From: Alphaproteobacteria bacterium
GTDB lineage: Bacteria > Pseudomonadota > Alphaproteobacteria > Sphingomonadales > Emcibacteraceae
Direction: 5' to 3'
NCBI GenBank assembly: GCA_030428615.1
Contig: JAUIDN010000018.1
Span: forward strand, 2,279-66,278
Length of the DNA stretch: 64,000 bases
The notes beneath the pieces were generated by a model, which worked only from the letters and a program-made list of their open reading frames with translations, was not told where the DNA came from and ran no database searches. Both the position numbers and the translations under genes were made by a program. Of the stretch, positions 16,141 through 26,968 are shown one piece after another. Numbering within the stretch: the stretch's first letter is position 1; the number at the start of each line of letters is the position of its first letter.

Positions 16141-18177
16141 TTAACCTTCTATCTTCGAAAATTCGATAATCAAATTCATGGTTGTTCTTATTTGCGTTAA
16201 CAATTTTAATCTGTTTACACGTATTTCTTGTTCGTCACTATTCACTGTTACTTCGTCAAAGAAATTATCAATCGGCCCGCGGAGTTTTGACAGATGCGCC
16301 ATTGCACCTTCGAAATTTTCTTTCTCAAGGGCCGAAGATGCGTTCTTCTCAACGTCCGAAAGAGCATCAAACAGAGCTTTTTCTTCGGCCATATTTAACA
16401 TCTCAATCTTAACAATTCCCTTATATTGTTTGGCATCCTTTTTTTCTTCGGCTTTTAGTATATTTGCTGCCCGTTTATATCCGGCGAGCAGGTTTTCACC
16501 ATCATCCGTTAAAATAAAATTCTGTAGTGCATCTGCTTTTGCCATCAGCTTGACAAAATCCCAATTAAACTCTGCCCCGATAATGTCGTGACGAATACCC
16601 TGGTCTTTCGCGTAAACCTTCAGGCGATCCCAGAAAAATTCCTCTAATTCCTCCAATACAAAATCAAAACCGTACGTTTGAGCGGATTTGTTTATGGTGT
16701 TGGACAGGTCAACCCGAATATTATTTTCGATAATCAGGCGAATGATACCAAGGGACGCCCGCCGAAGCGCAAATGGGTCTTTGGAACCAGTGGGCTTTTC
16801 ACCAATTGCGAAGAAACCGACCAGCGTATCCACCTTTTCCGCCAATGCCAAAGCGATACTTACCGGTTGGTCCGGACAATTATCCGATGGCCCTTTTGGT
16901 GAATAATGATCAGCTATCGCATTTGCGACATCATCATCCAAACCTTCTTCAAGAGCAAAATATTTCCCCATCAGACCTTGCAGTTCAGGACATTCATCGA
17001 CCATGCCTGTCACCAAATCAGATTTTGACAATCTGGCCGCCAGAGTTGATTTTTCAATATCCGCGTTGATTTCCCGGGCAATGTATCCTGCGAGCGTCTC
17101 CAGCCGTTTTACCCGCGCACCAACGGTGCCAAGCTTCGCATGAAAAACGATATCATCAAGCGGGGGCAGGTGATCAGCCAATTTGAATTTTAAATCCTGA
17201 TCCCAGAAGAATTTTGTATCGCTCAATCGTGCTCGCAGCACACGTTCATTTCCATCGATAATTTTCGCCCCATCATCATCAGTTTTCATGTTTGAGACAA
17301 AAATAAACTTGTTGGCAAGCTTTCCGTTGCCGCCTTTAAGTGAGAAATATTTCTGGTGCGTGCGCATAGCCGAAGTTAATGCTTCCTGCGGTACATCAAG
17401 AAAGTCTTCATCAAAAGTTCCCATCATCGATACCGGATATTCCGCGAGCCCCGCCACTTCAGCAAGAAGTGCTTTGTCTTCTACTAGCTCAAGACCGGCA
17501 TTGGCGGCAATTGAAAGTGAATCCCTTTCAATTTTTTCCATACGTTCATTACGGCAAATAACAACATATGCCTTTTCAAGGGCGGATTTATATTGTGCAA
17601 AATCAGATACCTCAATGGCAGATGGGGCCATAAAGCGATGACCGTATGTTAATTTTCCGGACCTAAAGCCATCAATTTCAAAATCGATAACTTCACCATC
17701 CAGTAAACAAAGAATTGAATGGATAGGGCGTACCCATCGCAGTGTCCCCGTCCCCCAACGCTGTGATTTAGGCCACGGGAAATTGCGAATAATTTCTGGC
17801 ATAAACTCACTGATCACATCTTTTGATTGCCGCCCTTGCTGATCAATTATCGCGTACAAGAATGTGCCTTTTTTTTCTTCCCGCTCAACAAGTTGATCGC
17901 GTTTAACACCAGCGCTGCGAGCAAACCCTTCAATAGCCTGATCCGGTGCATCAACACGGGGACCGCGACGTTCTTCCGACACATCGGGTTGTTCGGAAGA
18001 AATATCAGTAATATGCAATGACAACCGACGCGCCGTAACATATGCAGTACCCTCACTGTGCTCAAGCTTTGCGGCTTTCAGTTTATCCGTTACCAGTTGT
18101 TTCAGGTCGGCCGCAGCCTTTTTCTGCATGCGAGCAGGGATTTCTTCAGAGAAGAGTTCAAGTAAAAATTCCGCCAT
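16141..18177 (-). CDS. glyS: Glycine--tRNA ligase beta subunit
   Basis: MAEFLLELFSEEIPARMQ N-terminus and overall length are typical of GlyS. The start lies 1 nt after the glyQ stop. Confidence 0.93.
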   Translation of the reverse strand: MAEFLLELFSEEIPARMQKKAAADLKQLVTDKLKAAKLEHSEGTAYVTARRLSLHITDISSEQPDVSEERRGPRVDAPDQAIEGFARSAGVKRDQLVEREEKKGTFLYAIIDQQGRQSKDVISEFMPEIIRNFPWPKSQRWGTGTLRWVRPIHSILCLLDGEVIDFEIDGFRSGKLTYGHRFMAPSAIEVSDFAQYKSALEKAYVVICRNERMEKIERDSLSIAANAGLELVEDKALLAEVAGLAEYPVSMMGTFDEDFLDVPQEALTSAMRTHQKYFSLKGGNGKLANKFIFVSNMKTDDDGAKIIDGNERVLRARLSDTKFFWDQDLKFKLADHLPPLDDIVFHAKLGTVGARVKRLETLAGYIAREINADIEKSTLAARLSKSDLVTGMVDECPELQGLMGKYFALEEGLDDDVANAIADHYSPKGPSDNCPDQPVSIALALAEKVDTLVGFFAIGEKPTGSKDPFALRRASLGIIRLIIENNIRVDLSNTINKSAQTYGFDFVLEELEEFFWDRLKVYAKDQGIRHDIIGAEFNWDFVKLMAKADALQNFILTDDGENLLAGYKRAANILKAEEKKDAKQYKGIVKIEMLNMAEEKALFDALSDVEKNASSALEKENFEGAMAHLSKLRGPIDNFFDEVTVNSDEQEIRVNRLKLLTQIRTTMNLIIEFSKIEG

Positions 18178-18178
18178 T

Positions 18179-19060
18179 TTACAGCCCCTCTCCCAAAGAT
18201 ACCAGATAAGCCTCACAACATGCTTTTGCCAGCGCCCTGACCCGACCTATATATGCTTGACGTTCCGTGACACTAATCACCCCACGCGCATCAAGTAGAT
18301 TAAAAACATGGGATGCCTTAATGCACTGATCGTAAGCAGGTAACGGATAATTACCTTGCTTTAGAATATCTTGGCATTCTTCCTCGGCATCACTGAAATG
18401 TCTAAAAAGCGCATCGGTGTTAGCAAGTTCAAAGTTATAGGCGGAAAATTCCTGTTCATTTTGCAGGAATACATCGCCGTATTTAACACCGTCATTGTTC
18501 CAGCGAAGATCGTATACATTGTCGATCCCCTGAATATACATCGCCAACCTTTCAAGGCCGTAGGTAAGTTCACCCATCACAGGTTTACAATCGAAACCGC
18601 CAACCTGCTGAAAATAAGTAAACTGACTTACTTCCATACCATCACACCAAACTTCCCATCCCAGTCCCCATGCGCCGAGCGTCGGGCTTTCCCAATCATC
18701 TTCAACAAAGCGGATATCATGTTGGCTGCTATCGATACCCAGGACCGCGAGGCTGTTTAAATAAAGTTCCTGGATATTTTGCGGCGACGGTTTAAGAACC
18801 GTTTGGAACTGGTAATAATGCTGCAATCGATTTGGGTTCTTACCATAGCGCCCGTCTGTGGGACGCCGGCATGGCTGAACATAAGCCGCTTTCCAGGGCT
18901 TACTGCCAAGTGACCTTAGGGTCGTCGCGGGATGGAACGTACCGGCGCCAACCTCATTATCGTAGGGCTGCAATATAACGCACCCCTGGTCGGCCCAAAA
19001 ATGTTGTAATTTCAAAATCAGGTTTTGAAAGCAATTATCTTCCAAACTATCAGCGCTCAT
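18179..19060 (-). CDS. glyQ: Glycine--tRNA ligase alpha subunit
   Basis: [17 protein letters not shown]...QPSRRP-like core and 293 aa, matching highly conserved GlyQ. Confidence 0.95.
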   Translation of the reverse strand: MSADSLEDNCFQNLILKLQHFWADQGCVILQPYDNEVGAGTFHPATTLRSLGSKPWKAAYVQPCRRPTDGRYGKNPNRLQHYYQFQTVLKPSPQNIQELYLNSLAVLGIDSSQHDIRFVEDDWESPTLGAWGLGWEVWCDGMEVSQFTYFQQVGGFDCKPVMGELTYGLERLAMYIQGIDNVYDLRWNNDGVKYGDVFLQNEQEFSAYNFELANTDALFRHFSDAEEECQDILKQGNYPLPAYDQCIKASHVFNLLDARGVISVTERQAYIGRVRALAKACCEAYLVSLGEGL

Positions 19061-19240
19061 GAGGCGGGATCATCCCTATAAAAAATGTGGAAAACTGCGT
19101 GAAAACTACCCATCAGACCCCCTCAGGTCAAGAGTAGATATAATAATTCGTTCAAACTTAAGCAGTTGTTCATTATTAAGACATATAATGCCGTGGTTTA
19201 AATCAAAATAGTACATTGTTTATATAGAGTTAATTTAAAT

Positions 19241-20290
19241 TTGTCGGGATTAAAAGCTGTGAAAGACTTAATCAAAATTGCCATACTGTCGATTGCTAAA
19301 TATACAGGCCTGTTTAGTTTGGCCAGATCATATTACAAAAACAGAATCCGTATTCTTTGTTACCACGGGTTTAGCCTAAGAGATGAGGAACAATTTGTAC
19401 CCGGATTATTTGTAAAACCTGAAATTTTTGACAAACGAATGAAATATTTAAAAGATAAAGGGTACAATATTATTTCTCTGGACGAGGCTTATGAAGCGGT
19501 AAAGTCGGATAAAATTGAAGATAATTCTGTGGTAATCACCATCGACGACGGGTTCTACAGCACATTTGCAGCAGCGTTACCGATCTTAAAAAAATATAAT
19601 TTCGCATCCACACTTTATCTGACCTCCTTCTATTTTGATAAACCATTCCCCATATTCACTTTAACCCTTGACTATATGTTTTGGCGCAACGAACAGTCGG
19701 TTATCGACTTTTCCACCATTGGTATTGAAGAACTGGAAACGTTTACAGCGGTTAAAGCAAAATCAAAAGAATTTGAAAAAGCACAGGAAATAGTAAAATC
19801 AGCCGGGCGCTCCTATAAAAATGAGGAGAAACGTTTTGAATTGCTGCAAAAACTGGGAGACACTTTGAAGCAGGACTTTGATGATATAGCAGAAAGCCGT
19901 ATACTGGCGATGCTTGATGAAGACGAACTCAAGGAATGTATAGATGCCGGTATGGATATTGAAATCCACACCCATGGCCACAGCTTTCCTACAGACATGG
20001 AAAAAGCAAAACGTGAAATTCAAGAAAACAAAAAACGGATTGATCCTTTGTTACCTCGCCCGATGCGCCATTTTTGCTATCCGAGCGGCAGATGGTCTAA
20101 AGAACATTGGCCGCTTCTTGATCAGCAAAATATCAAAACCTCTACCACTTGTGATAACGGCCTTGTCACAACAAAAACTCCCGTTCATGCCTGGAGCCGA
20201 TATCTCGATAGTGCACGCATCTCACAGCTCGAATATGAAGCGGAACTGGCGGGTTTCAACGAATTGTTACGAGCTGTCCGTGGCAAATAA
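19241..20290 (+). CDS. Polysaccharide deacetylase (NodB-homology) family protein
   Basis: VVITIDDGFYS (NodB motif 1) and HTHGH metal motif. N-terminal hydrophobic segment. Non-ATG (TTG) start inferred. Confidence 0.7.
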   Translation: MSGLKAVKDLIKIAILSIAKYTGLFSLARSYYKNRIRILCYHGFSLRDEEQFVPGLFVKPEIFDKRMKYLKDKGYNIISLDEAYEAVKSDKIEDNSVVITIDDGFYSTFAAALPILKKYNFASTLYLTSFYFDKPFPIFTLTLDYMFWRNEQSVIDFSTIGIEELETFTAVKAKSKEFEKAQEIVKSAGRSYKNEEKRFELLQKLGDTLKQDFDDIAESRILAMLDEDELKECIDAGMDIEIHTHGHSFPTDMEKAKREIQENKKRIDPLLPRPMRHFCYPSGRWSKEHWPLLDQQNIKTSTTCDNGLVTTKTPVHAWSRYLDSARISQLEYEAELAGFNELLRAVRGK

Positions 20291-20318
20291 TCTGATCCCT
20301 ATAGAATAAAAAGGAATC

Positions 20319-21653
20319 TTGGTGAAAATATTAATCGTCGCAGGCACGTTTCCCCCCTACGCTCCCTCCTCCGCGAGCAGAGCGAATAAATTCGCCAAAT
20401 TTCTGGAGCTGCAAGGCCATGATGTAAAGGTTTTGGCGCCGAAATTGCCGGGGCAGGATATGTCGCTGACGCCTGAAATTTCAGAAGAAAAAATAATTTT
20501 CACCGATTACTATGATATCAATGATTTTCCGACATCTGTAAAGAATACTATCAAAAGCCTGTTTTCTTCGGTCAAGAAAGAACCATCGGCGGGTCCCACG
20601 GAAACGCCGTCCACCATTGATGACAATAATAAACAATATGCAGAATCCGCCATTAGTAAGGCATACAGGTATCTTACCAATATACCGGACAGAACGATCG
20701 GATGGTATCCATCCGCCATGAGAGCAGGCAAAAAATTATTTGGACACTGGTGCCCCGATATCATTTTTTCAACGGCCCCCCCCTATACCAGTTTTGTTGT
20801 CGCTCACCGTTTGGCCAAATTAATTGACATACCTTGGGTCGCGGATTACAGGGACTTGTGGATTGACGAAAGTAATTTGCAATATCGAACCATCAGAGGC
20901 CGGGTCAATAAACAGGTGGAAAAATGGCTATTATCCAATTGCAGCGGGCTGGTCACGGTTACCGATAACTGGGCAAAGAACCTTCAAAAAAAATATGATG
21001 TGCCTGTCGTATTGGCCATGAACGGATTTGATCCTGATGATTTTGATGAAAGAAACAAGAACGTCCTTTATCCTGATCATTTTACCATTCTTTATGCTGG
21101 CGTTTTATATGGTGATCGGCGGGATCCTTCTATCCTGTTTGAAGCGATGGGAAAAATCGGAGAAAAGGCAAAAAAGATCAAAGTTCTTCTTTATACGCCA
21201 AACGGTATAAATGATTTGAGTGACCAACAGAAAAAAATCATCGAAACCTATAATCTTCACGATCAGGTTATTGCCAAAAGCTTTATTCCGCAATCTGAGC
21301 TTCTTGATATACAATTGGGTGTTGATGAGCTTCTACTTCTGAGATGGAACGACCCACGAGAAAATGGAGTGATCGCCGGGAAATTATTTGAATATATCGG
21401 TGCCAACAAACCGATCCTTTCCATAGGAAGCGTTACTGGCGAAGCCGCAGACATTATTCGTGATAACGAATTTGGAATCGTAAGCGATAATCCGGATGAA
21501 GTTGCAAGCTATCTTGAAGAGCGCATTGATAATATGGAGAGCCAACGTCAAATGGTCCGGTCGAATCCAAACCGCGATAATTTCGCCAGAGCGATACAAT
21601 TCGAAAAAATCGAAAAACTTATGCTGGACCTCGCCGAAAAAGGCGAAGACTAA
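20319..21653 (+). CDS. GT-B fold glycosyltransferase (GT4-like)
   Basis: MVKILIVAGTFPPY...SRANKFAKFL..GH.V.VLAP N-terminus and a C-terminal E..GKLFEY pattern typical of GT4-type enzymes. GTG start. Confidence 0.65.
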   Translation: MVKILIVAGTFPPYAPSSASRANKFAKFLELQGHDVKVLAPKLPGQDMSLTPEISEEKIIFTDYYDINDFPTSVKNTIKSLFSSVKKEPSAGPTETPSTIDDNNKQYAESAISKAYRYLTNIPDRTIGWYPSAMRAGKKLFGHWCPDIIFSTAPPYTSFVVAHRLAKLIDIPWVADYRDLWIDESNLQYRTIRGRVNKQVEKWLLSNCSGLVTVTDNWAKNLQKKYDVPVVLAMNGFDPDDFDERNKNVLYPDHFTILYAGVLYGDRRDPSILFEAMGKIGEKAKKIKVLLYTPNGINDLSDQQKKIIETYNLHDQVIAKSFIPQSELLDIQLGVDELLLLRWNDPRENGVIAGKLFEYIGANKPILSIGSVTGEAADIIRDNEFGIVSDNPDEVASYLEERIDNMESQRQMVRSNPNRDNFARAIQFEKIEKLMLDLAEKGED

Positions 21654-21660
21654 CCTCGCT

Positions 21661-22515
21661 TTAAAGCCCGAACCGGCCCCATTCACTTCTCGTCTCGAGC
21701 GTATTAACAATTTCGTCCGCTATCGATGCTTTCGAGCCACGCATGCCGATCAAACCTTTTAGGAACCCTTTTTCATCCTTGATCCGTTTGAATTTCACAT
21801 CATCACCAAGTTTCTCTTTCATCACAGACCGCATATCACCTACACCGTCAATCAAGCCCAACTTGGTGGCTTCCGTACCGTTCCAGACCCTCCCTGAAAA
21901 AAGTGTTTTTTGCACACCCTTGAGCCTATCTCCACGCGCTTCTTTAACGAAATCCTTAAAGAAATCATGAATCTCTTTGAGAATCTCTTTCATCATTTTG
22001 ACGTCCTTCTCAGCCTCGGGCTTAAACGGGTCAAGAAGTGATTTGCTTTCGCCTGCGGTATAAACACGCCTTTCCACACCTAGTTTTTCAATAGCGCCCG
22101 TATAACCAAAACCCGCGTTTATTACGCCAATACTGCCGACGATTGATGCTTTGTGAGCATAAATTTCATCACCTGCGAGTGCGAGCATATATCCGCCGGA
22201 AGCAGCAACATCCTCCGCAAAGGCGTATACTGGGATTTTCTTTTCTTTTGATAATTCGCGTATTCGCATTACGATCAGCTCTGATTGAACCGGGGAGCCA
22301 CCCGGTGAATTAATAGCAAGAGCAACTGCCTTCACATTATAAACATCAAACGCGTCTTTAATTTTATCTTCGAGATTTTCCAGATTGATTGCGTTGCTAA
22401 ACCGCCCCGATGCCCCAATAACCCCCTCCAACGGTAATATGGCAACAACAGGATCAGGGTTTGCCAGACTTTCGATAGGAAGTTTTGAGATCAGGTTTTG
22501 GATGGCTTTTTTCAT
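21661..22515 (-). CDS. S49 family signal peptide peptidase (SppA-like)
   Basis: INSPGGSPVQSE and AASGGYMLA motifs of ClpP/crotonase-fold S49 peptidases. Confidence 0.8.
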   Translation of the reverse strand: MKKAIQNLISKLPIESLANPDPVVAILPLEGVIGASGRFSNAINLENLEDKIKDAFDVYNVKAVALAINSPGGSPVQSELIVMRIRELSKEKKIPVYAFAEDVAASGGYMLALAGDEIYAHKASIVGSIGVINAGFGYTGAIEKLGVERRVYTAGESKSLLDPFKPEAEKDVKMMKEILKEIHDFFKDFVKEARGDRLKGVQKTLFSGRVWNGTEATKLGLIDGVGDMRSVMKEKLGDDVKFKRIKDEKGFLKGLIGMRGSKASIADEIVNTLETRSEWGRFGL

Positions 22516-22527
22516 AAAAATTCTTCT

Positions 22528-23271
22528 TTATTGTTCAATATTCAAAAAATGTGCATGCCTAAGTATGTTTTCAGCAGCTTCGGTATAATTTCCATCAGAT
22601 TTATGCACGATCAACCCGGATTGCAAGGTTAAAAGACCTTTTCCACCTTTTTGGGCGCGAATAATGACCCTGTTGGCTTCCTTTCCCTTTTTTGGATAAA
22701 ACGGAAATACAATGATCGAGCCCGCCTTGGGCTTAAGCGCGATCAATATATCGTCCAGTCGGTCCGCCCGGTGAATGAGTGTCAGATACCCCTTTGGTCT
22801 TACCATGCGCAGGCATCGCTCCACCCAAAGATTTAGCGCATCCATTTCTTCTCCGTGAGCAACTGCCTTGGACTGATAAGGTGAAGATGTTACTGTTCCC
22901 TTCTCATAATAAGGAGGATTACTGACCACATGGTGAAAGCTGTTTGGATCACATCCTTCAACTTTATCCATAATATCCCCTTTAATGTAGGTCACATTTT
23001 TACTGTTTTTTCTTGCCAGGTCGATAAGCTCTGACTGAATTTCAATCCCTGTCATTGAAAATTCAATTGCTTTCTTGCCCATCCTTTCTTCCAGACAGGA
23101 CAAAATTCCCCCACTTCCCGCACCCACATCAAGAATATCTTCGCAGGGTTTCGGCAAAATGGTCGCCGCCAAAAAAACCGTGTCACTGCTGATCCTGTAC
23201 CCCTTTTTGGGTTGCATAAGACTGACCCGCCCGCCAAGGAAATCATCCTGTGTTGTCTCTAACCCCATCAA
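22528..23271 (-). CDS. SAM-dependent methyltransferase (TrmN6/YfiC-like, NPPY motif)
   Basis: ILDVGAGSG SAM-binding motif and VVSNPPYY catalytic motif. Confidence 0.75.
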   Translation of the reverse strand: MMGLETTQDDFLGGRVSLMQPKKGYRISSDTVFLAATILPKPCEDILDVGAGSGGILSCLEERMGKKAIEFSMTGIEIQSELIDLARKNSKNVTYIKGDIMDKVEGCDPNSFHHVVSNPPYYEKGTVTSSPYQSKAVAHGEEMDALNLWVERCLRMVRPKGYLTLIHRADRLDDILIALKPKAGSIIVFPFYPKKGKEANRVIIRAQKGGKGLLTLQSGLIVHKSDGNYTEAAENILRHAHFLNIEQ

Positions 23272-23495
23272 GTTATAAGCTCCACATCATTTTCCATATT
23301 CTCATCGCGAATCAATTTTATTGCCTTCGTATATTTGCTGCTATCAACCATCACCCTGCTTTGTATCGGGCCGATACCACCTCCCAATAAGCTTGCATGT
23401 CCGCCAAGAACAACAAAATCAATATCTTCCGCCGCGAGAAGCGCGGAAATCCTTGATATCACAACCGGGTTATCGCTAAAAAGCAGATCTTTCAC
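23268..23495 (-). CDS. DUF2007-like small protein
   Basis: 75 aa with pattern and position (overlapping the methyltransferase start) as seen for DUF2007 proteins in alphaproteobacteria. Confidence 0.5.
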   Translation of the reverse strand: MKDLLFSDNPVVISRISALLAAEDIDFVVLGGHASLLGGGIGPIQSRVMVDSSKYTKAIKLIRDENMENDVELIT

Positions 23496-23619
23496 GTAAA
23501 GTTTATCCTTTTTTTATGGTTTATCGTTTGTATTCTTGCCAATATGGCCCGAGATGACTATTTTGCAGTAACATTTTATATGTAGCCTAATCAAACAAAC
23601 CACAACAGGAAAAAGAAAA

Positions 23620-24642
23620 GTGGGCCTTGTAATAAATTTTGAAGATGAAAAGAAGGACAAAGGTAAGGAAGCTCTTGCCACACTTCTTGACCTTGTGAGC
23701 GATGATCTCGATAAGGTCAATCAGACGATCCTCCTGAAAATGCAAAGCCCTGTTGCGCTAATCCCGCAACTAGCAGGGCATCTCATTGCTTCCGGCGGTA
23801 AAAGATTGCGCCCGATGCTTACGCTTGCCGCCAGCCGACTTTGTGAGTACGAAGGCGACCGTCATATTCATTTGGCAACCTGTGTGGAATTTATCCATTC
23901 GGCGACACTTCTTCACGACGATGTGGTTGATAAAAGTGACCTACGCCGCGGCGAAGACACGGCAAATGCAATCTGGGGAAACAAGGCCAGCGTTCTGGTG
24001 GGGGACTTCCTGTTCAGCCGTTCATTCGAACTCATGGTTGAGGATGGCTCCCTTGAGGTGCTACGCATTCTTTCAAGTGCGTCTTCCGTGATTGCGGAGG
24101 GCGAGGTGTTGCAACTAGTAACAGCAAATGATACCGACACCACCGAACACGCCTATATGGAAGTAATCTGCGCCAAAACGGCGGCACTTTTTGCAGCGGC
24201 ATGTGAAATTGGCGGCGTAATTGCCGGCAAACCGTCATCAGAATGTGAAGCATTAATGAGTTACGGTAAAAATCTTGGCATTATTTTCCAGCTTATTGAT
24301 GATGTTCTTGATTATTCGGCAGAACAAAAAACACTTGGTAAATCAGTGGGGGACGATTTTCAGGAAGGTAAAATTACGCTTCCCATAGTCCTGGCATTCC
24401 GCCGCGGCACAGACGATGAACGGTCATTCTGGAGACGGACGATGGAAGATCTGGATCAAAATCCGGGTGATCTTGAACATGCGATAGAACTGATGACAAA
24501 ACATAATGCGCTGGAAGATACAATCAAGCGTGCCCGCCATTATGGCTCCATCGCCCGCGACGCTCTTGCGATCTTCCCGGACAATGAATACCGCCGTGCG
24601 CTTACAGGAATTGTCGATTTTTGCATCAACAGAGCATATTAA
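23620..24642 (+). CDS. Polyprenyl diphosphate synthase (octaprenyl/IspB-type)
   Basis: First and second Asp-rich motifs LLHDDVVD and QLIDDVLD, plus GKRLRP. 340 aa. Confidence 0.88.
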   Translation: MGLVINFEDEKKDKGKEALATLLDLVSDDLDKVNQTILLKMQSPVALIPQLAGHLIASGGKRLRPMLTLAASRLCEYEGDRHIHLATCVEFIHSATLLHDDVVDKSDLRRGEDTANAIWGNKASVLVGDFLFSRSFELMVEDGSLEVLRILSSASSVIAEGEVLQLVTANDTDTTEHAYMEVICAKTAALFAAACEIGGVIAGKPSSECEALMSYGKNLGIIFQLIDDVLDYSAEQKTLGKSVGDDFQEGKITLPIVLAFRRGTDDERSFWRRTMEDLDQNPGDLEHAIELMTKHNALEDTIKRARHYGSIARDALAIFPDNEYRRALTGIVDFCINRAY

Positions 24643-24645
24643 TAT

Positions 24646-25524
24646 ATGCAGGAATTCTCACCCCCATATGGTGAAATACAACAAATAAGCGCGAAAGTGC
24701 GCAGAATTACCGCACCTAACCCCGCCCCATATACTTTTAAAGGGACGGGCACATATATCGTCGGTGAAAATGAGGTTGCTGTAATTGACCCGGGCCCCAA
24801 CATTTCATCCCATATTGATGCCATCATGACGTCATTAAAGGATGAGCGCATAAGTCACATCTTGATCACCCATAATCATAAGGACCATTCACCCGGTGCT
24901 CAGCCACTTGCTGAAAAGTGTGGAGCAAAAATATACGCTTATGAAGTTACCGGGCAGCAATATGCAGATATTGAAGCCGAAGAAGGACTGGATAAGGAAT
25001 TTCATCCTGATGTCGTGCTCGTCGACGGAGACGTTATCAACGGTACAAACTGGACTATCGAGGCGGTTCATACGCCCGGCCATCTTTCAAATCACCTCTG
25101 TTTCTCCTTTAAAGAAGAAAAGGCCCTTTTCACCGGTGACCATGTTATGGGCTGGTCGACGACCATAATATCACCGCCTGATGGTAATATGACAGATTAT
25201 TTGAACAGTCTTGAAAAGCTCCGGCAAAGGGATGAACAAATTTATTATCCGACCCACGGCCTGCCTATTGAAAACCCTAAACAGTTTGTGACGCAACTCA
25301 TTGGTCACCGCCTGCGGCGTGATAAAGAAATCATCCGCGCTGTATCAAATGGTGCCCAAACAATAGACGAAATCATGGATGTTGTTTATCCGGGACTAGA
25401 TAGTAAATTGTCTCTGGCCGCGTCGCGGACAATATTTGCCCATTTGATCCGGTTGGTAAATCTTAGCGACTTGAGATGTGACGGACATCCGACCGAATTA
25501 TCAAAATACCAATTGGCCAAATAA
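24646..25524 (+). CDS. MBL-fold metallo-hydrolase
   Basis: ITHNHKDH (HxHxDH) motif, with downstream HTPGH and GDH motifs. Confidence 0.85.
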   Translation: MQEFSPPYGEIQQISAKVRRITAPNPAPYTFKGTGTYIVGENEVAVIDPGPNISSHIDAIMTSLKDERISHILITHNHKDHSPGAQPLAEKCGAKIYAYEVTGQQYADIEAEEGLDKEFHPDVVLVDGDVINGTNWTIEAVHTPGHLSNHLCFSFKEEKALFTGDHVMGWSTTIISPPDGNMTDYLNSLEKLRQRDEQIYYPTHGLPIENPKQFVTQLIGHRLRRDKEIIRAVSNGAQTIDEIMDVVYPGLDSKLSLAASRTIFAHLIRLVNLSDLRCDGHPTELSKYQLAK

Positions 25525-25552
25525 AAACCCCGCAGAACAGGTGCGGGGTTTA
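25524..25552. terminator. Bidirectional intrinsic terminator between convergent genes
   Basis: AAAA-CCCCGCA-gaacagg-TGCGGGG-TTT, a GC stem flanked by an A-run and a T-run. Confidence 0.8.
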
Positions 25553-25572
25553 AATTAATCAAATTAAAAAAA

Positions 25573-26076
25573 TTAATGCAGTTTCGCGTCCAGTTTTTCA
25601 GTGCTGGATTTAATCAACGCTTCGTGATCTTCTTTTTTCATATTGGCTTCAATAAGGTCACGTGCGGCGGATGTTGCAATATCAACGGTTAGCGTCCTGA
25701 TTTCTTTTAACGCAGCGGCTTCCGCCTGGGCAATCTTCTGCTCCGCAACTTCGCCGCGACGCTTTGTCAATTCAGAGAGTTGCACTTTGCTTTCCGCGAC
25801 CAGATTATTAACCTCAGCTTCGGCGTTTTTCATTAATTCCTCAGCCTGCTTCTCGGCTTCGCGCTGATCACGTTCGTATTTGGCAACAAGCGCTGCCGCC
25901 TCCTCACGTAAACTGCGAGCATTTTCAAGCTGATCCTCAATTTCTCTGGAACGTTCATCAAGCATTTTGGCAAAAATTGCCGGAATTTTTTTCCAGATGA
26001 TCAATATAAAGAATAGTGTTATCGCAACAGAAACCCAGGTTGCCGGATCCCCAAAGAAAGATACGTGTTCTTCCAT
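25573..26076 (-). CDS. atpF: F0F1 ATP synthase subunit b
   Basis: N-terminal TM helix followed by a long Ala/Glu/Lys-rich helix. Last gene of the F0 cluster. Confidence 0.85.
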   Translation of the reverse strand: MEEHVSFFGDPATWVSVAITLFFILIIWKKIPAIFAKMLDERSREIEDQLENARSLREEAAALVAKYERDQREAEKQAEELMKNAEAEVNNLVAESKVQLSELTKRRGEVAEQKIAQAEAAALKEIRTLTVDIATSAARDLIEANMKKEDHEALIKSSTEKLDAKLH

Positions 26077-26579
26077 TATCTTTCTCCCTTTGTTGCGGCG
26101 TCAGTTTTCGCATTCACTTCTTTGGCAATCGTCTTTTCATCAAGCTTAATGCCGGAGATTCGTGAAACGATATCCGCACAAACGTCTTTCGCGACGTCGC
26201 GTATTTCACCAACCGCTTTGTCCTTTGCGGCATCAATACGTTTCTGTGCTTCATCTGCCTTGGCGGCAAGTTCATCAGAAAGCTTCTGATAGGCTGCTTC
26301 AGCTTCCGCTTTCAATGCGTCCCTTTTGGCGATGACAACGGCAGCAGCATTATTACGAGCATCCGTTTGCGACTTTTCGTAAGCCTGTCTCGCTTCTTCC
26401 GCTTGCTTCTGCAAGATTTCAGCTTCCGCCAAGTCATCCGCAATTTTATCCTGACGTTTTTTAAGCACGTCCGCGATCTTTGGCGCTGCACTGCGGGACA
26501 TAAAAATATAAAGTACCGCAAAAACGACAAATAACCAGAAAATCTGGGGTACAAATACCGCTGGGTCTAATTGTGGCAT
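26076..26579 (-). CDS. atpF2: F0F1 ATP synthase subunit b'
   Basis: MPQLDP..F.PQIFWL N-terminus is typical of alphaproteobacterial b'. Overlaps the atpF start. Confidence 0.85.
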   Translation of the reverse strand: MPQLDPAVFVPQIFWLFVVFAVLYIFMSRSAAPKIADVLKKRQDKIADDLAEAEILQKQAEEARQAYEKSQTDARNNAAAVVIAKRDALKAEAEAAYQKLSDELAAKADEAQKRIDAAKDKAVGEIRDVAKDVCADIVSRISGIKLDEKTIAKEVNAKTDAATKGER

Positions 26580-26647
26580 GGTTTCCTCCTTATCCTTTAT
26601 GGATCAGGTCTGATCAATAATAATCTATGAAATTAACTTTTAGATTA

Positions 26648-26905
26648 TTATCCGAACAGGATAATGAAGGCGATAACCAGACCGAAGAGGCCCGTTGCTT
26701 CCGCAAGCGCAAAACCAAGCATAGCCTGACCGAACACTGGGCCGGCAGCAGATGGGTTGCGGATCGCCGCAGACACATAGTTACCAAAAATCACACCGAT
26801 ACCAACACCGGCACCGATAAGCGCAGTACAGGCAAGGCCAGCACCAATATAGCGTGCAGCATCTGTTTGAGCCGTAGCGGCGAGTTGAGCGATTTCCATT
26901 TCCAT
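26648..26905 (-). CDS. atpE: F0F1 ATP synthase subunit c
   Basis: Two-helix proteolipid with a GAGxGxG motif, an R.P loop and the conserved carboxylate (LAEATGLF). Confidence 0.9.
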   Translation of the reverse strand: MEMEIAQLAATAQTDAARYIGAGLACTALIGAGVGIGVIFGNYVSAAIRNPSAAGPVFGQAMLGFALAEATGLFGLVIAFIILFG

Positions 26906-26968
26906 TTTATTTTCCTTTAATTATGAAAAGTTTTCATTCGTATTTAATTAAGTTAACCCCATACACCA

